Under the pieces are notes generated by a model that did not search any database, was not told where the DNA came from, and worked only from the letters and a program-made list of their open reading frames with translations. Below are positions 8,711 through 19,548 of a stretch of DNA of 64,000 nucleotides, in pieces. This stretch comes from Deltaproteobacteria bacterium. GTDB taxonomy: Bacteria; Desulfobacterota; Dissulfuribacteria; Dissulfuribacterales; JALVPX01. The DNA is taken from positions 11,989 through 75,988 of the forward strand of contig JALVVK010000111.1 in the NCBI GenBank assembly GCA_027023445.1, in the 5' to 3' direction. A program made the translations under genes and the position numbers. Each line of letters begins with the position of its first letter. Within the stretch, counting starts at the first letter, position 1.

Positions 8711-9904
8711 TTAGAAGCCGCCGCGACCGCCGCCGTGGTAATGGCAATTTGAGCAACCTGGTTTGTAGGGGTCATGCTCTGGCCTGGTATGGCAGGCATT
8801 AAGGCAGAAATTCCGCCACGAGGTATCCGTGGTGTCGGGCACGGATATGGATACTCCGTTTATGGATGAACGGATCAGGTAGATGTTGGTAGCCGATCCG
8901 TGGGGCTCGTGGCAATCAGTGCAGCATAGTGTGTGTGGGGAGTATGGTGGGTTATAGGGATCCCTCGGGTATGCGCTTGACCCCGCATATGCCCCATGGG
9001 CGTCCGGTACCACAGAGACATAGGTGGTTTTCCAGCAGATTTTTCTTATATTCCTCGGTCCCCCTGGTAGACGGGGATTTTCACTGTATATCGTGTTGTA
9101 TTCGTTGTGACAATCCGTGCAGAGCCTGACATAGTTGGGCAGATTAGATCCGGTAGTGGTGGCATCATTGGCAGGCTCATAGCTGGTGTTGGAACCATAC
9201 CAGTACGGGGCCTGGTAATCTGAAAAATCAGCGCTCATCCGCTCCGTGGTATTGTCCCCCCACAGGTTGTTATGATCGCTTGGCCTGGATATAGCTGACT
9301 TTGTGGGGTCGTATGTTGTGTTTTTGTTCCGCTGCGCAAGATGCGGGTTGTGACAGGCATCGCACGGATTGATGTTTGCTGGCAGGGACCAGGCTACTCC
9401 GTCCGCATCGTACATGGTCTTACCGAGCACCTGTGACACAAAAGACGGAAGATAGTGGGAGGATCCGGTAGTTCCTATGTGACTGAAGGCGTCTTTTATG
9501 TTGCTGTCATAGGAGCTGCTGTTGGTGTTGCCTCCAAAATTGTAACTGTAGCTTTTGTTTATCGTTATTCCTCCGGTCTGGTATCCGTTTGCCTGGTGAC
9601 AGTCAAAACAGAAATTGATCGTCTGGCTCGTATAGTTTTCGTCAAAAAGAAGGAAGTTGTTAGGACCGCCTGTGGGAACAGGCTCTGCTCCCTGGATACT
9701 GGAGTGCTGTTCGTGACAGTGGGCGCAGTTGCCAGTGGCATAGTCGGTTGGAAAACCGGCAGAGGTCCGGTTGACCCCTATGGTGCTGTTGCCATGTGCC
9801 GATTTTAGATAGGTGCCGGCACGGGGCGAAGTTGAGCATAGGGTGATACTCAGTAATATCAGGAAAAATACGCTACGTCTTCCTTTTATATTTTCATGCC
9901 TCAT
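8711..9904 (-). CDS. secreted multihaem c-type cytochrome (6 CxxCH + 1 CxxxCH), paralog of 7182-8498
   Basis: Signal peptide; CAHCH, CFDCH, CDACH, CTDCH, CTDCH, CLNACH, CSNCH; collinear with the 7182 protein (SAHG..GNCAHCHE.H..NPCDACHNPH..CTDCHEPHGS). Confidence 0.8.
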   Translation of the reverse strand: MRHENIKGRRSVFFLILLSITLCSTSPRAGTYLKSAHGNSTIGVNRTSAGFPTDYATGNCAHCHEQHSSIQGAEPVPTGGPNNFLLFDENYTSQTINFCFDCHQANGYQTGGITINKSYSYNFGGNTNSSSYDSNIKDAFSHIGTTGSSHYLPSFVSQVLGKTMYDADGVAWSLPANINPCDACHNPHLAQRNKNTTYDPTKSAISRPSDHNNLWGDNTTERMSADFSDYQAPYWYGSNTSYEPANDATTTGSNLPNYVRLCTDCHNEYNTIYSENPRLPGGPRNIRKICWKTTYVSVVPDAHGAYAGSSAYPRDPYNPPYSPHTLCCTDCHEPHGSATNIYLIRSSINGVSISVPDTTDTSWRNFCLNACHTRPEHDPYKPGCSNCHYHGGGRGGF

Positions 9905-9998
9905 GTTTTATTTATCGTCAGGGACGAAATATCCCTTTAACAAGGACCCTGTCCCCTATTTTTTTATCTCAGAAGGTAATTATTGACAGTCCCGGACC

Positions 9999-10027
9999 TT
10001 GCGCACGGAGCGGGCTTTCATTATAAT
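9999..10027 (+). promoter_or_regulatory. candidate sigma70 promoter for the tRNA-Ser pair
   Basis: TTGCGC - 17 nt - TATAAT, with the -10 ending 13 nt before the tRNA 5' end. Confidence 0.45.
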
Positions 10028-10040
10028 TGGTTCGCTTTTT

Positions 10041-10128
10041 GGAGGGATGGCCGAGTGGTTGAAGGCGGCGGTCTTGAAAACCGTTGTGCCGAAAGGCACC
10101 GTGGGTTCGAATCCTACTCCCTCCGCCA
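10041..10128 (+). tRNA. tRNA-Ser (UGA)
   Basis: Acceptor GGAGGGA/UCCCUCC, anticodon loop CUUGAAA, long variable arm, GGUUCGAAUCC T-arm, encoded CCA. Confidence 0.9.
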
Positions 10129-10138
10129 TTGAAGATAC

Positions 10139-10231
<93 letters not shown>

Positions 10232-10402
10232 TTTTTAAAAGCCCGAAGGGAGACCCCAAAAGACGCTTGACGGCCATGGCAGGTGGCCTTTTTTTATCGT
10301 TCAGACAATCATAATACCTCCACCTGGTGAAAAATTGCTCGACAAACTTTCGACATCCAATCTTCATTCGAAGCAAATACATATATAAGGAGAATCACGC
10401 CA

Positions 10403-11557
10403 ATGATGCCTAATTTCCTTTTCACCTCTGAATCGGTCACCGAGGGACATCCGGATAAGGTGGCAGATCAGATATCTGATTCCATTTTGGACGCGATATT
10501 AACGCAAGACCCCTTGGCCAGGGTCGCCTGCGAGACTATGGTCACCACGGGCTTGGCCTTGATCGCCGGAGAAATCACCACAGACTGCTACGTTGACATG
10601 CCCCAGGTGGTAAGAAATACCATTAAAGAAATCGGATATTCTAATTCTTCAATGGGATTTGACTGGCAGACATGTGCGGTTTTGACAAGTATTGATAAGC
10701 AGTCACCGGATATCGCCATGGGGGTTGATCGGGGTGAGGAGATAGGCGCGGGTGACCAGGGCCTCATGTTTGGTTATGCCTGTGATGAGACGCCGGACTT
10801 CATGCCCATGCCAATCTGGTATGCGCACAAACTGGCCAGACGCCTGGCTGAGGTCAGGAAGGAGGGTATCCTCCCGTTTCTCAGGCCTGACGGCAAGAGC
10901 CAGGTAACCGTCAGGTATGAAGACAGCAGGCCGCTGGATATTCATTCTCTGGTCATCGCGGCCCAGCATACAGCCGAGGTCAGCACGGAGGACGTGAGAG
11001 AGGGCGTTATAGAAGAGGTCATCAAAAAGGTGGTCGCGCCGGAACATCTTACGGATAAAACAGAATTCTATATCAACAGTACCGGCAGGTTTGTCGTGGG
11101 AGGTCCGCTTGCAGATTGCGGCATAACCGGCAGGAAGATCATTGTCGACACATATGGTGGTCGCGGACATCACGGAGGCGGCGCCTTTTCAGGAAAGGAC
11201 CCGACGAAGGTGGACCGCTCACCTTCCTATATGGCCAGGTATGTTGCAAAGAATCTTGTGGCCGCAGGCATAGCCAGGGAGTGTGAGGTACAGGTGGCTT
11301 ATGCCATTGGGGTTCCCAAACCTTTGTCCATAAATGTGCGCACCTTTGGCACCGAGGCCATTCCGCAGGATAAAATTGTCAGTTTGATTAAGGCCAACTT
11401 CAATTTTAATCCGAAACACATAATCGATTTTCTGGACCTGAGAAGGCCTATTTACAAGAAAACCGCGGCATATGGCCATTTTGGCAGGATGGAGCCTGAT
11501 TTTACATGGGAACGTCTTGACATGGTGGATACATTAAAGGACCAGGCAGGGCTTTAG
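10403..11557 (+). CDS. metK: S-adenosylmethionine synthetase
   Basis: [48 protein letters not shown] motifs. Confidence 0.95.
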   Translation: MMPNFLFTSESVTEGHPDKVADQISDSILDAILTQDPLARVACETMVTTGLALIAGEITTDCYVDMPQVVRNTIKEIGYSNSSMGFDWQTCAVLTSIDKQSPDIAMGVDRGEEIGAGDQGLMFGYACDETPDFMPMPIWYAHKLARRLAEVRKEGILPFLRPDGKSQVTVRYEDSRPLDIHSLVIAAQHTAEVSTEDVREGVIEEVIKKVVAPEHLTDKTEFYINSTGRFVVGGPLADCGITGRKIIVDTYGGRGHHGGGAFSGKDPTKVDRSPSYMARYVAKNLVAAGIARECEVQVAYAIGVPKPLSINVRTFGTEAIPQDKIVSLIKANFNFNPKHIIDFLDLRRPIYKKTAAYGHFGRMEPDFTWERLDMVDTLKDQAGL

Positions 11558-12823
<1,266 letters not shown>

Positions 12824-12843
12824 GGGTAAAAAAGAAGTGAATG

Positions 12844-12878
12844 AAAAGGCGGCAGGGTAAGACCCCGCCGCCTTTTTT
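12844..12878. terminator. bidirectional rho-independent terminator between convergent ahcY and ppsA
   Basis: AAAA-GGCGGCAGGG-taaga-CCCCGCCGCC-TTTTTT; 10-bp GC stem (1 mismatch) flanked by A- and T-runs. Confidence 0.75.
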
Positions 12879-12943
12879 GGTTTATTGATTAGTGGCTCCG
12901 TGTCCATCCCGGTCTTCGGATTCTCCGGGGCAGCTGGCTTTTG

Positions 12944-15373
12944 TTATTTGATTCCCAGTTCCTTTTCCTTGTCCGCCACTACCAGCCTTGTCTTTACCGC
13001 AGTATCCGGGGTAAGGCTCATGGAGTCAATACCGCACTCCACAAGGAAGGCGGCAAAGTCGGGGAAATCGCTGGGGGCCTGTCCGCAAATGCCGATCTTG
13101 CATTTGGCCTTCTTTGCGGTTGTGATGACCTGCCTTACCAGGCGCTTAACCGCTTCGTTTCTTTCGTCATAGATGTGGGACACAAGCTCGGAGTCCCGAT
13201 CAAGCCCCAGGGTAAGCTGGGTGAGATCATTAGAACCAATGGAGAAGCCATCGAATACCTCGGCAAACTGATCCGCAAGGACCACGTTGCTCGGGATCTC
13301 GCACATGACATAGACCTCAAGATCGTTGTCGCCTTGCTTGAGACCGTATTTCTCCATGGTGGAGATAACCTTCTTTCCCTCTTCAACCGTGCGGCAGAAC
13401 GGGATCATCACCTTTACGTTCTTAAGTCCCATTTCGTCCCTGACCTTGGAAAGAGCTGCGCATTCCAGGGCAAAGGCAGGTTCGAAAACCGGGGAATAAT
13501 ATCTTGATGCGCCCCTCCATCCGATCATTGGATTATGCTCTTCAGGCTCGTAGAGAGGTCCTCCTATGAGATTCGCATATTCATTGCTCTTGAAGTCGGA
13601 CATGCGCACGATCACGTCATTATTCCAGAAGCCGGCAGCGATTCTGGCCACTCCCTGGGCAAGGGTGTCCACGAAAAACTGTGATTTGTCCGTATAGCCC
13701 ATGGTTTTTTCGTCAATGGCCTTGACAATTTCTTTGATGTCAGCGTCTTTTCTGGCCTTTTTCTTCAGTTCCTTATAATTCAGAAGGGCAAGGGGATGGA
13801 TCCCGATGTGGGAATTTATGATGAATTCAAGCCTGGCAAGCCCTACTCCATCGTTAGGAATCTGACCCTGGGCAAAGGCCTGTTCGGGAATGCCCACGTT
13901 CATCATGATCTTTGTTTTTGTCTTCGGCAGATCGGTAAGGTCAAGCCGCTGGACTTCGTAATCCAGCAGGCCCTTGTAAACAAGTCCGTCTTCACCCTCG
14001 GCGCAGGATACCGTGACATCTTCTCCGGCCTTGATTGTTTCGGTTCCTGTTTCGGTGCCTACCACGCAGGGTATTCCAAGTTCCCTGGATATAATGGCGG
14101 CATGGCAGGTGCGTCCGCCTCTGTTGGTTACGATGGCGGAGGCGACCTTCATTATCGGTTCCCAGTCAGGGTCGGTCATGTCTGTGACAAGGATTTCCCC
14201 TGGCTTGAACTTGGTAATCTCGTTCACGTTCTTGATAACATTTGCCTTGCCTTGTCCTATCTTTGCGCCTACAGCATTTCCCCGGGCCAGGATTTCGCCC
14301 TTTTCTTTGAGGACATATGTTTCGATAGATTTGGTGTCCCTCTGTGAATGAACGGTTTCGGGCCTTGCCTGAACGATAAACAGATTGCCCGTGCCCGTTT
14401 CATTACCGTCTCCATCCTTTGCCCATTCAATATCCATGGATTTTTTGTAATGATCTTCTATTATGCAGGCCCATTTTGCCAGGGTAAGAAGTTCATCATC
14501 AGACAGGACAAAGGTGTTTTTTTCCGCCTTGGTAGTGGCCTTGTTTTTTACCGGGCATTTAGGATTGTCCGTATAGATCATTTTTTTCTGCTTCAGCCCA
14601 AGTTTTTTACTGATTATGGGCCGGTATCCCTCGTTAAGGGTAGGTTTGAAAACATAAAATTCATCCGGGTTAACCGCGCCCTGAACCACGTTTTCTCCCA
14701 GACCCCAGGCCCCGGTTATCAAAACCACCTTGTCAAAGCCGCTTTCCGTGTCCATGGTGAACATGACACCGGAACTGGCGCTGTCGCTTCTGACCATCTT
14801 CTGGACCGCAATGGACAGGTACACGTCAAAATGGCCAAAACCCTTGTCCGTCCGGTATGAAATGGCCCTGTCAGTAAACAGACTGGCAAAACATTTGAGA
14901 CAGGCGTCAAGCAGCATCTCCGGTCCACGAATATTCAAATACGTTTCCTGCTGGCCGGCAAAGGAGGCATCAGGCAGGTCCTCTGCCGTTGCGGATGACC
15001 TGACCGCCACGTCAACATTGGGCCCATACGCCTTTTCCATGTCGCGGTAGGCATTTATGATGGCCTCGTTCAGATCCTCAGGAAACTCTGATTTCAATAT
15101 AATGTCCCGGACTTTTTTGCCTCTTTTTTTCAGGTCCGATATGTTATGTGTGTCCAGACCCTCCAGGACATCCCTGATTGACTGTTCAATGCCGGCGCCC
15201 CGCAACAGATGTTTGTATGCCTCGGCGGTGATGGCAAATCCATTTGGAACATTTACGCCCTTTGAGGTAAGATGCTGATACATCTCGCCAAGTGAGGCAT
15301 TTTTCCCTCCGACAAGAGGTACATCCTGGATGCCAATCTGGTCAAACCATAAGATTAACGGCTTGTCACTCAT
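12944..15373 (-). CDS. ppsA: phosphoenolpyruvate synthase (pyruvate, water dikinase)
   Basis: 809 aa; GGKNASLGEM ATP-grasp N-terminus, phospho-His motif GGRTCHAAIISRELGIPCVVG, PEP-utilising C-terminal domain. Confidence 0.95.
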   Translation of the reverse strand: MSDKPLILWFDQIGIQDVPLVGGKNASLGEMYQHLTSKGVNVPNGFAITAEAYKHLLRGAGIEQSIRDVLEGLDTHNISDLKKRGKKVRDIILKSEFPEDLNEAIINAYRDMEKAYGPNVDVAVRSSATAEDLPDASFAGQQETYLNIRGPEMLLDACLKCFASLFTDRAISYRTDKGFGHFDVYLSIAVQKMVRSDSASSGVMFTMDTESGFDKVVLITGAWGLGENVVQGAVNPDEFYVFKPTLNEGYRPIISKKLGLKQKKMIYTDNPKCPVKNKATTKAEKNTFVLSDDELLTLAKWACIIEDHYKKSMDIEWAKDGDGNETGTGNLFIVQARPETVHSQRDTKSIETYVLKEKGEILARGNAVGAKIGQGKANVIKNVNEITKFKPGEILVTDMTDPDWEPIMKVASAIVTNRGGRTCHAAIISRELGIPCVVGTETGTETIKAGEDVTVSCAEGEDGLVYKGLLDYEVQRLDLTDLPKTKTKIMMNVGIPEQAFAQGQIPNDGVGLARLEFIINSHIGIHPLALLNYKELKKKARKDADIKEIVKAIDEKTMGYTDKSQFFVDTLAQGVARIAAGFWNNDVIVRMSDFKSNEYANLIGGPLYEPEEHNPMIGWRGASRYYSPVFEPAFALECAALSKVRDEMGLKNVKVMIPFCRTVEEGKKVISTMEKYGLKQGDNDLEVYVMCEIPSNVVLADQFAEVFDGFSIGSNDLTQLTLGLDRDSELVSHIYDERNEAVKRLVRQVITTAKKAKCKIGICGQAPSDFPDFAAFLVECGIDSMSLTPDTAVKTRLVVADKEKELGIK

Positions 15374-15717
15374 TGCAAAGGTCCTCCCTTTAATACCTTT
15401 TTGTGGCCTTCAAAGTTTAGATAACCAAAATATTATTAATCTAACTTTCATGTCGAGGGAATCTGGAGATCCGTGGCATGATAAGTACTGTTTCTCTGTG
15501 ATTTGATGCAATCCATCCCAAAAATGGCATTGAGGCCGCCTTTCGTGCCAGCCTGTGAACAACTATTCAGTTTAATGATTTAGCAGTATCGTGACCTTTC
15601 TGTCAACCATAATACTCGCAACCTTTCAGATTCTACGGATACTGGCCCAAAAAACTTTAATAAAAGATGTTCTTTTTGTTTCCTGTTTCAAAGGACGGTC
15701 TGTTTTGCCTTCAATAA

Positions 15718-16092
15718 TTAGGCTGAAATGACCACCATGGCGCAGGCATAGTCTCTTTCGTGGCAGAGGCTTATGTCCCAGCATCCTGCATTCAGCGTCT
15801 TGGCCCGTTCAAGGGCCGCGCCTGTAAGATGAAGAACCGGTTTCCCGCTGGGCTTGTGGGTAACTGATATCTGCCGCCAGGACACTCCCTGTCTCATTCC
15901 TGTGCCAAGGGCCTTGGAACATGCCTCCTTTGCCGCAAAACGGACCGCATAGCCCAAGGCGGGATCTCGCATTTTTTCACAGTATTCTATCTCTGCCCGG
16001 GAAAAGACCCTGCTGGTGAAACGTTCACCCCACCGCTCAAGAGTCTGTCTTAACCTGGGTATATATACCAGGTCCACACCCACACCCAGCAT
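15718..16092 (-). CDS. acpS: holo-[acyl-carrier-protein] synthase
   Basis: 124 aa, GVDLV..R, FAAKEA.SKA motifs; ATGA start/stop overlap with pdxJ as in the conserved pdxJ-acpS pair. Confidence 0.85.
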   Translation of the reverse strand: MLGVGVDLVYIPRLRQTLERWGERFTSRVFSRAEIEYCEKMRDPALGYAVRFAAKEACSKALGTGMRQGVSWRQISVTHKPSGKPVLHLTGAALERAKTLNAGCWDISLCHERDYACAMVVISA

Positions 16093-17258
16093 CAGGCGAT
16101 GTAACCCCGCTTTACAAGGGCGAGCATCTCCCGAACTGCATTCCGCAGACCCACCAAAACGGCTCTTGAGACTACGGAGTGACCTATGCTGAATTCCTCT
16201 ATTTCTTCAAGGACCGCCAGCCTGGCAGTGTTCCTGTAGTTCAGGCCGTGACCCGCGTGCACCCTCAGACCGGAATCCCTGGCCAGCCGTGCGATCTTGA
16301 CTATCTGTTCGAATTCCATGTCCTGTGTGTTCATGTCCGGCGCCTCTGCGTACCTGCCGGTATGTATTTCTATGCAATCCGCCCCCGTTCTTTCCGAGGC
16401 CAGTATCTGATCTTCTTCAGGGTCCACGAAAAGGCTCACCGGGATACCTGAATCGTGAAGCCTTGCCACTGCCTCTTTCAAACCGGAACCAAGCCTGGCC
16501 ACGTCAAGCCCCCCCTCTGTGGTGAGTTCCTGCCTGCGTTCAGGAACCAGGGTGACGATATCCGGTTTTATTTCCGCTGCAATGGCAAGCATCTCATCGG
16601 TGGCGGCCATTTCAAGGGTCAGTCTCGTCTGGACCGTCTGTCTTAAAAGCCTTACATCCCTGTCCTGGATGTGACGCCTGTCCTCACGCAGGTGAACCAC
16701 AACACCGTCGGCGCCCGCCAGTTCAACAAGCCCTGCGGCCGTCACCGGATCAGGTTCGTTACCTCCTCTTGCCTGTCTGATTGTGGCCACATGGTCCACG
16801 TTTATGCACAGATCAGCCATAATCCTCTCCTTGTAAAGAATGTCCAGAAGCTCACGCTCCTTTTTTTTCATAAGTTCTGACTGTTGTTCACCAAGGGTAT
16901 GATCAAACCCCATCAGATGGACAATGCCGTGTATGAGCAGGGCGTCCAGACGCTTTTCAAGGCTGGAGTCCGCGTCTGCCGCCTCTTTTCGTGCCGTATC
17001 CACTGAAATGACAATATCGCCCAGGATCCCTGAATCAAAGTCAGGCCCGTCCGGTGTCTGGCCAAAGGATATTACGTTGGTGGGCCAGGGCCTTTTAAGC
17101 CACCTGCCGTTGATGTCTGTAATTTCCCTGTTGTCCACAAGGAGAATTCCGAGTTCGAGATCGGCCAGCCCCAGGGTCCTTAATATCCTCTGGGCCGCTC
17201 TCCGGAGCCTTAAAAGTTCAAGGGGTTCTGGATAATGGGAATTGACGTACACCGGCAT
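16092..17258 (-). CDS. single ORF encoding YbeY endoribonuclease (aa ~1-146) fused in frame to pyridoxine 5'-phosphate synthase PdxJ (242 aa, internal ATG at 16820)
   Basis: [11 protein letters not shown] zinc motif of YbeY, then no stop codon before [19 protein letters not shown] (PdxJ N-terminus); AAGGAG SD 6 nt upstream of the internal ATG. Start set at ATG 17258, just after the phoH stop (longest ORF reaches 17315). Confidence 0.8.
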   Translation of the reverse strand: MPVYVNSHYPEPLELLRLRRAAQRILRTLGLADLELGILLVDNREITDINGRWLKRPWPTNVISFGQTPDGPDFDSGILGDIVISVDTARKEAADADSSLEKRLDALLIHGIVHLMGFDHTLGEQQSELMKKKERELLDILYKERIMADLCINVDHVATIRQARGGNEPDPVTAAGLVELAGADGVVVHLREDRRHIQDRDVRLLRQTVQTRLTLEMAATDEMLAIAAEIKPDIVTLVPERRQELTTEGGLDVARLGSGLKEAVARLHDSGIPVSLFVDPEEDQILASERTGADCIEIHTGRYAEAPDMNTQDMEFEQIVKIARLARDSGLRVHAGHGLNYRNTARLAVLEEIEEFSIGHSVVSRAVLVGLRNAVREMLALVKRGYIA

Positions 17259-17259
17259 T

Positions 17260-18270
17260 TTATTGTTCGGTAAAATTCCGTGAAGGGGCCTGTCGCCTTT
17301 GAACCGGGCCTCCATGCCTGTTTTTCTGTTCGTAGGCCTCTATTATCCTGCTGACCAGGCTGTGGCGGACCACATCCTTTCTTGAAAACCGGACAAAGGC
17401 TATGCCCTTTATATCCTGGAAGAGGTCCACTGCCTCCATGAGACCCGATGTCTGTTTTTCCGGAAGGTCTATCTGGGTAACATCCCCTGTTACCACTACC
17501 TTTGAGCCGTATCCCATCCTTGTCAAAAACATCTTCATCTGTTCAGACGTGGTGTTTTGCGCCTCGTCAAGGATGATAAACGCGTCGTTAAGCGTTCTCC
17601 CTCTCATGAAGGCCAGGGGCGCCACCTCGATTATTCCCCTTTCCAGCAGTCGTGAGACCTTTTCAAAGGGAATCATGTCGTACAGGGCGTCATAAAGTGG
17701 TCTCAGATAGGGATTGACTTTTTCGGCGAGGTCACCGGGCAGGAAGCCGAGCCTCTCTCCTGCCTCCACGGCGGGTCTTGCCAGCACTATCCTTGCCACA
17801 AGATCCTTCAGCAGGGCGGATACCGCCATGGCCATGGCAAGATATGTCTTCCCGGTTCCCGCCGGGCCGATACCGAAAATGATGTCGTTTTTGCGGATGG
17901 CATCCACATAAAGCTTCTGCGCCATGTTTTTGGGGGTGATCATCCTTTTGCCGGAACTCACAATAAGCTTGTCCATGAATATGTCGGCAAGTCTGGCATC
18001 CGGATTTTCCTTGAGGATTCGCACCGCCAAGTCCACGTCTTTGGGATGAAGGGGGTAATTCCTGCGCAGCAGCCCGTAAAGTTCTGCGCATGCCCGGTCA
18101 GCCAGTTCCACTCCTGTCCGGTCACCGGTAATGGTCAGCTCATTTCCCTTGACGTGTATCTCCACGCCAAGTGAGCTTTCAATGTGCTTGAGGTTGCTGC
18201 CCTGTTCCCCGTAAAGGATGAGGGCAAGGCCGTTGTCATCAAGGGATCTATTCGTGGAAAATTTTTTCAT
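17260..18270 (-). CDS. phoH: PhoH-like ATPase (YbeZ) with N-terminal KH-like domain
   Basis: [13 protein letters not shown] Walker A, ILDEAQN Walker B; phoH-ybeY synteny. Confidence 0.9.
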   Translation of the reverse strand: MKKFSTNRSLDDNGLALILYGEQGSNLKHIESSLGVEIHVKGNELTITGDRTGVELADRACAELYGLLRRNYPLHPKDVDLAVRILKENPDARLADIFMDKLIVSSGKRMITPKNMAQKLYVDAIRKNDIIFGIGPAGTGKTYLAMAMAVSALLKDLVARIVLARPAVEAGERLGFLPGDLAEKVNPYLRPLYDALYDMIPFEKVSRLLERGIIEVAPLAFMRGRTLNDAFIILDEAQNTTSEQMKMFLTRMGYGSKVVVTGDVTQIDLPEKQTSGLMEAVDLFQDIKGIAFVRFSRKDVVRHSLVSRIIEAYEQKNRHGGPVQRRQAPSRNFTEQ

Positions 18271-18318
18271 GATTGGCAGTCAACATTGAACCGGATCCGC
18301 GCGGGTAGGTACAGGCCA

Positions 18319-19251
18319 TCAAAACATTCGTTTTTTGATAAAAATATATACAACAATACCAGAGAGTATGAAGGAAAAACCCATGGTAATGGCAAAGGCA
18401 TGGGGAGAATCCTGAAAGGGAAGTCTGACGTTCATGCCAAATATGCTTGCCACGAGGTTGGGAAGCGTGAGAACAATGGTTACCGCGGTCAGGAATTTCA
18501 TTACAATATTCAGATTGTTGGAGATGACCGACGCGTATGCGTCCATCATGCCGCTCAGGATATCACTGTAGATCCTTGCCATTTCAATGGCCTGCTGGTT
18601 TTCAATCTGGGCGTCTTCAAGTATGTCCTCGTTTTCTTCGCTTATGGGAAGATATCTGCCGCTCTGCAGCCGGACCATCACGAGATCATTGGCCCTGAGA
18701 CTGGTGTTGAAATAAACAAGGCTCTTCTCCAGGTTAAGGAGCTTGATCAGTTCCTTATTCCTGAGGGATCTGTGAAGCTCGGCCTCGTATTCACTGATGA
18801 GACGGTCGATATGTCTGAGGTGTTGTAGATATACGTTGGCTATTCTGAGGAATATGTTGAACAGAAATCTCACATGGTCTGAGAAGAGTCTGTGAATCGC
18901 TCTGGATTTCGCTATCTGATCCAGTACCTGGTTTTCCTTGAGGCAAATGGTAATTATTACATCGTTGGCAACTACGATGCCAAGAGGCAGCGTTTCATAA
19001 CGAACTACCTCTCCTTCAGGGCGTGGATCCGGTATCCTGACGATAATGAGGAGCTGTTCTTCCTCCCGTTCAATCCTTGATATTTCTTCTTCGTCAAGGG
19101 GATATCGGAGGAATTCCGGCAATACCCCAAGTTCGTCCTGAATCTGGGCAAGTTCTTCGTCCGTGGGGCTTACAAGGTTTACCCAGCAACGGCTGCTTGT
19201 TGTGGAGCAGCTCTCAAGGGATGTGCCATTTGACTTGAATATGGTTAACAT
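18319..19251 (-). CDS. corA: magnesium/cobalt transporter CorA
   Basis: C-terminal two TM helices with FGMNV (GMN) signature. Confidence 0.85.
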   Translation of the reverse strand: MLTIFKSNGTSLESCSTTSSRCWVNLVSPTDEELAQIQDELGVLPEFLRYPLDEEEISRIEREEEQLLIIVRIPDPRPEGEVVRYETLPLGIVVANDVIITICLKENQVLDQIAKSRAIHRLFSDHVRFLFNIFLRIANVYLQHLRHIDRLISEYEAELHRSLRNKELIKLLNLEKSLVYFNTSLRANDLVMVRLQSGRYLPISEENEDILEDAQIENQQAIEMARIYSDILSGMMDAYASVISNNLNIVMKFLTAVTIVLTLPNLVASIFGMNVRLPFQDSPHAFAITMGFSFILSGIVVYIFIKKRMF

Positions 19252-19316
19252 GTGTCACTCTGCAGATAGAAGGCTACCGTAACAATAAAGGCAAACTGCC
19301 GTTTTTTGAAACCCTG

Positions 19317-19385
19317 TTTTGAATATTGAATTATAGATGGTAAATTAAATTATGATTATGTCCTGTGCCTATCCAATATTCAAAA
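19317..19385. repeat. 12-bp perfect inverted repeat TTTTGAATATTG ... CAATATTCAAAA around a GGTAAATT core
   Basis: Read directly; in the corA / sensor kinase divergent intergenic region. Confidence 0.4.
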
Positions 19386-19548
19386 TCAAATATTCAACTT
19401 TTCACGCTGTATGGGCAGGAGGCGCTACCCGACTTTAATGATGCAATCTACATTAGTCAGAGTTTATAGACAAGTCCAGACCAGCGGACTCAACAGAACC
19501 ATTTACGTTAATATGTGTTTACGTGGACTGTTTCCGGTTTTTATCTAA

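Noticed and set aside
10232-10402. SAM or SAH riboswitch upstream of metK / ahcY
   Set aside because: The leader is short and AT-rich, with no recognisable SAM-I, SAM-II or SAH conserved cores. ahcY starts only 9 nt after metK.
15374-15717. Inverted repeat TGGCA-N16-TGCCA / sigma54-like TGGCACG upstream of ppsA
   Set aside because: The -12 position does not carry GC at the correct spacing. The repeat arms are only 5 bp, which is within chance expectation.
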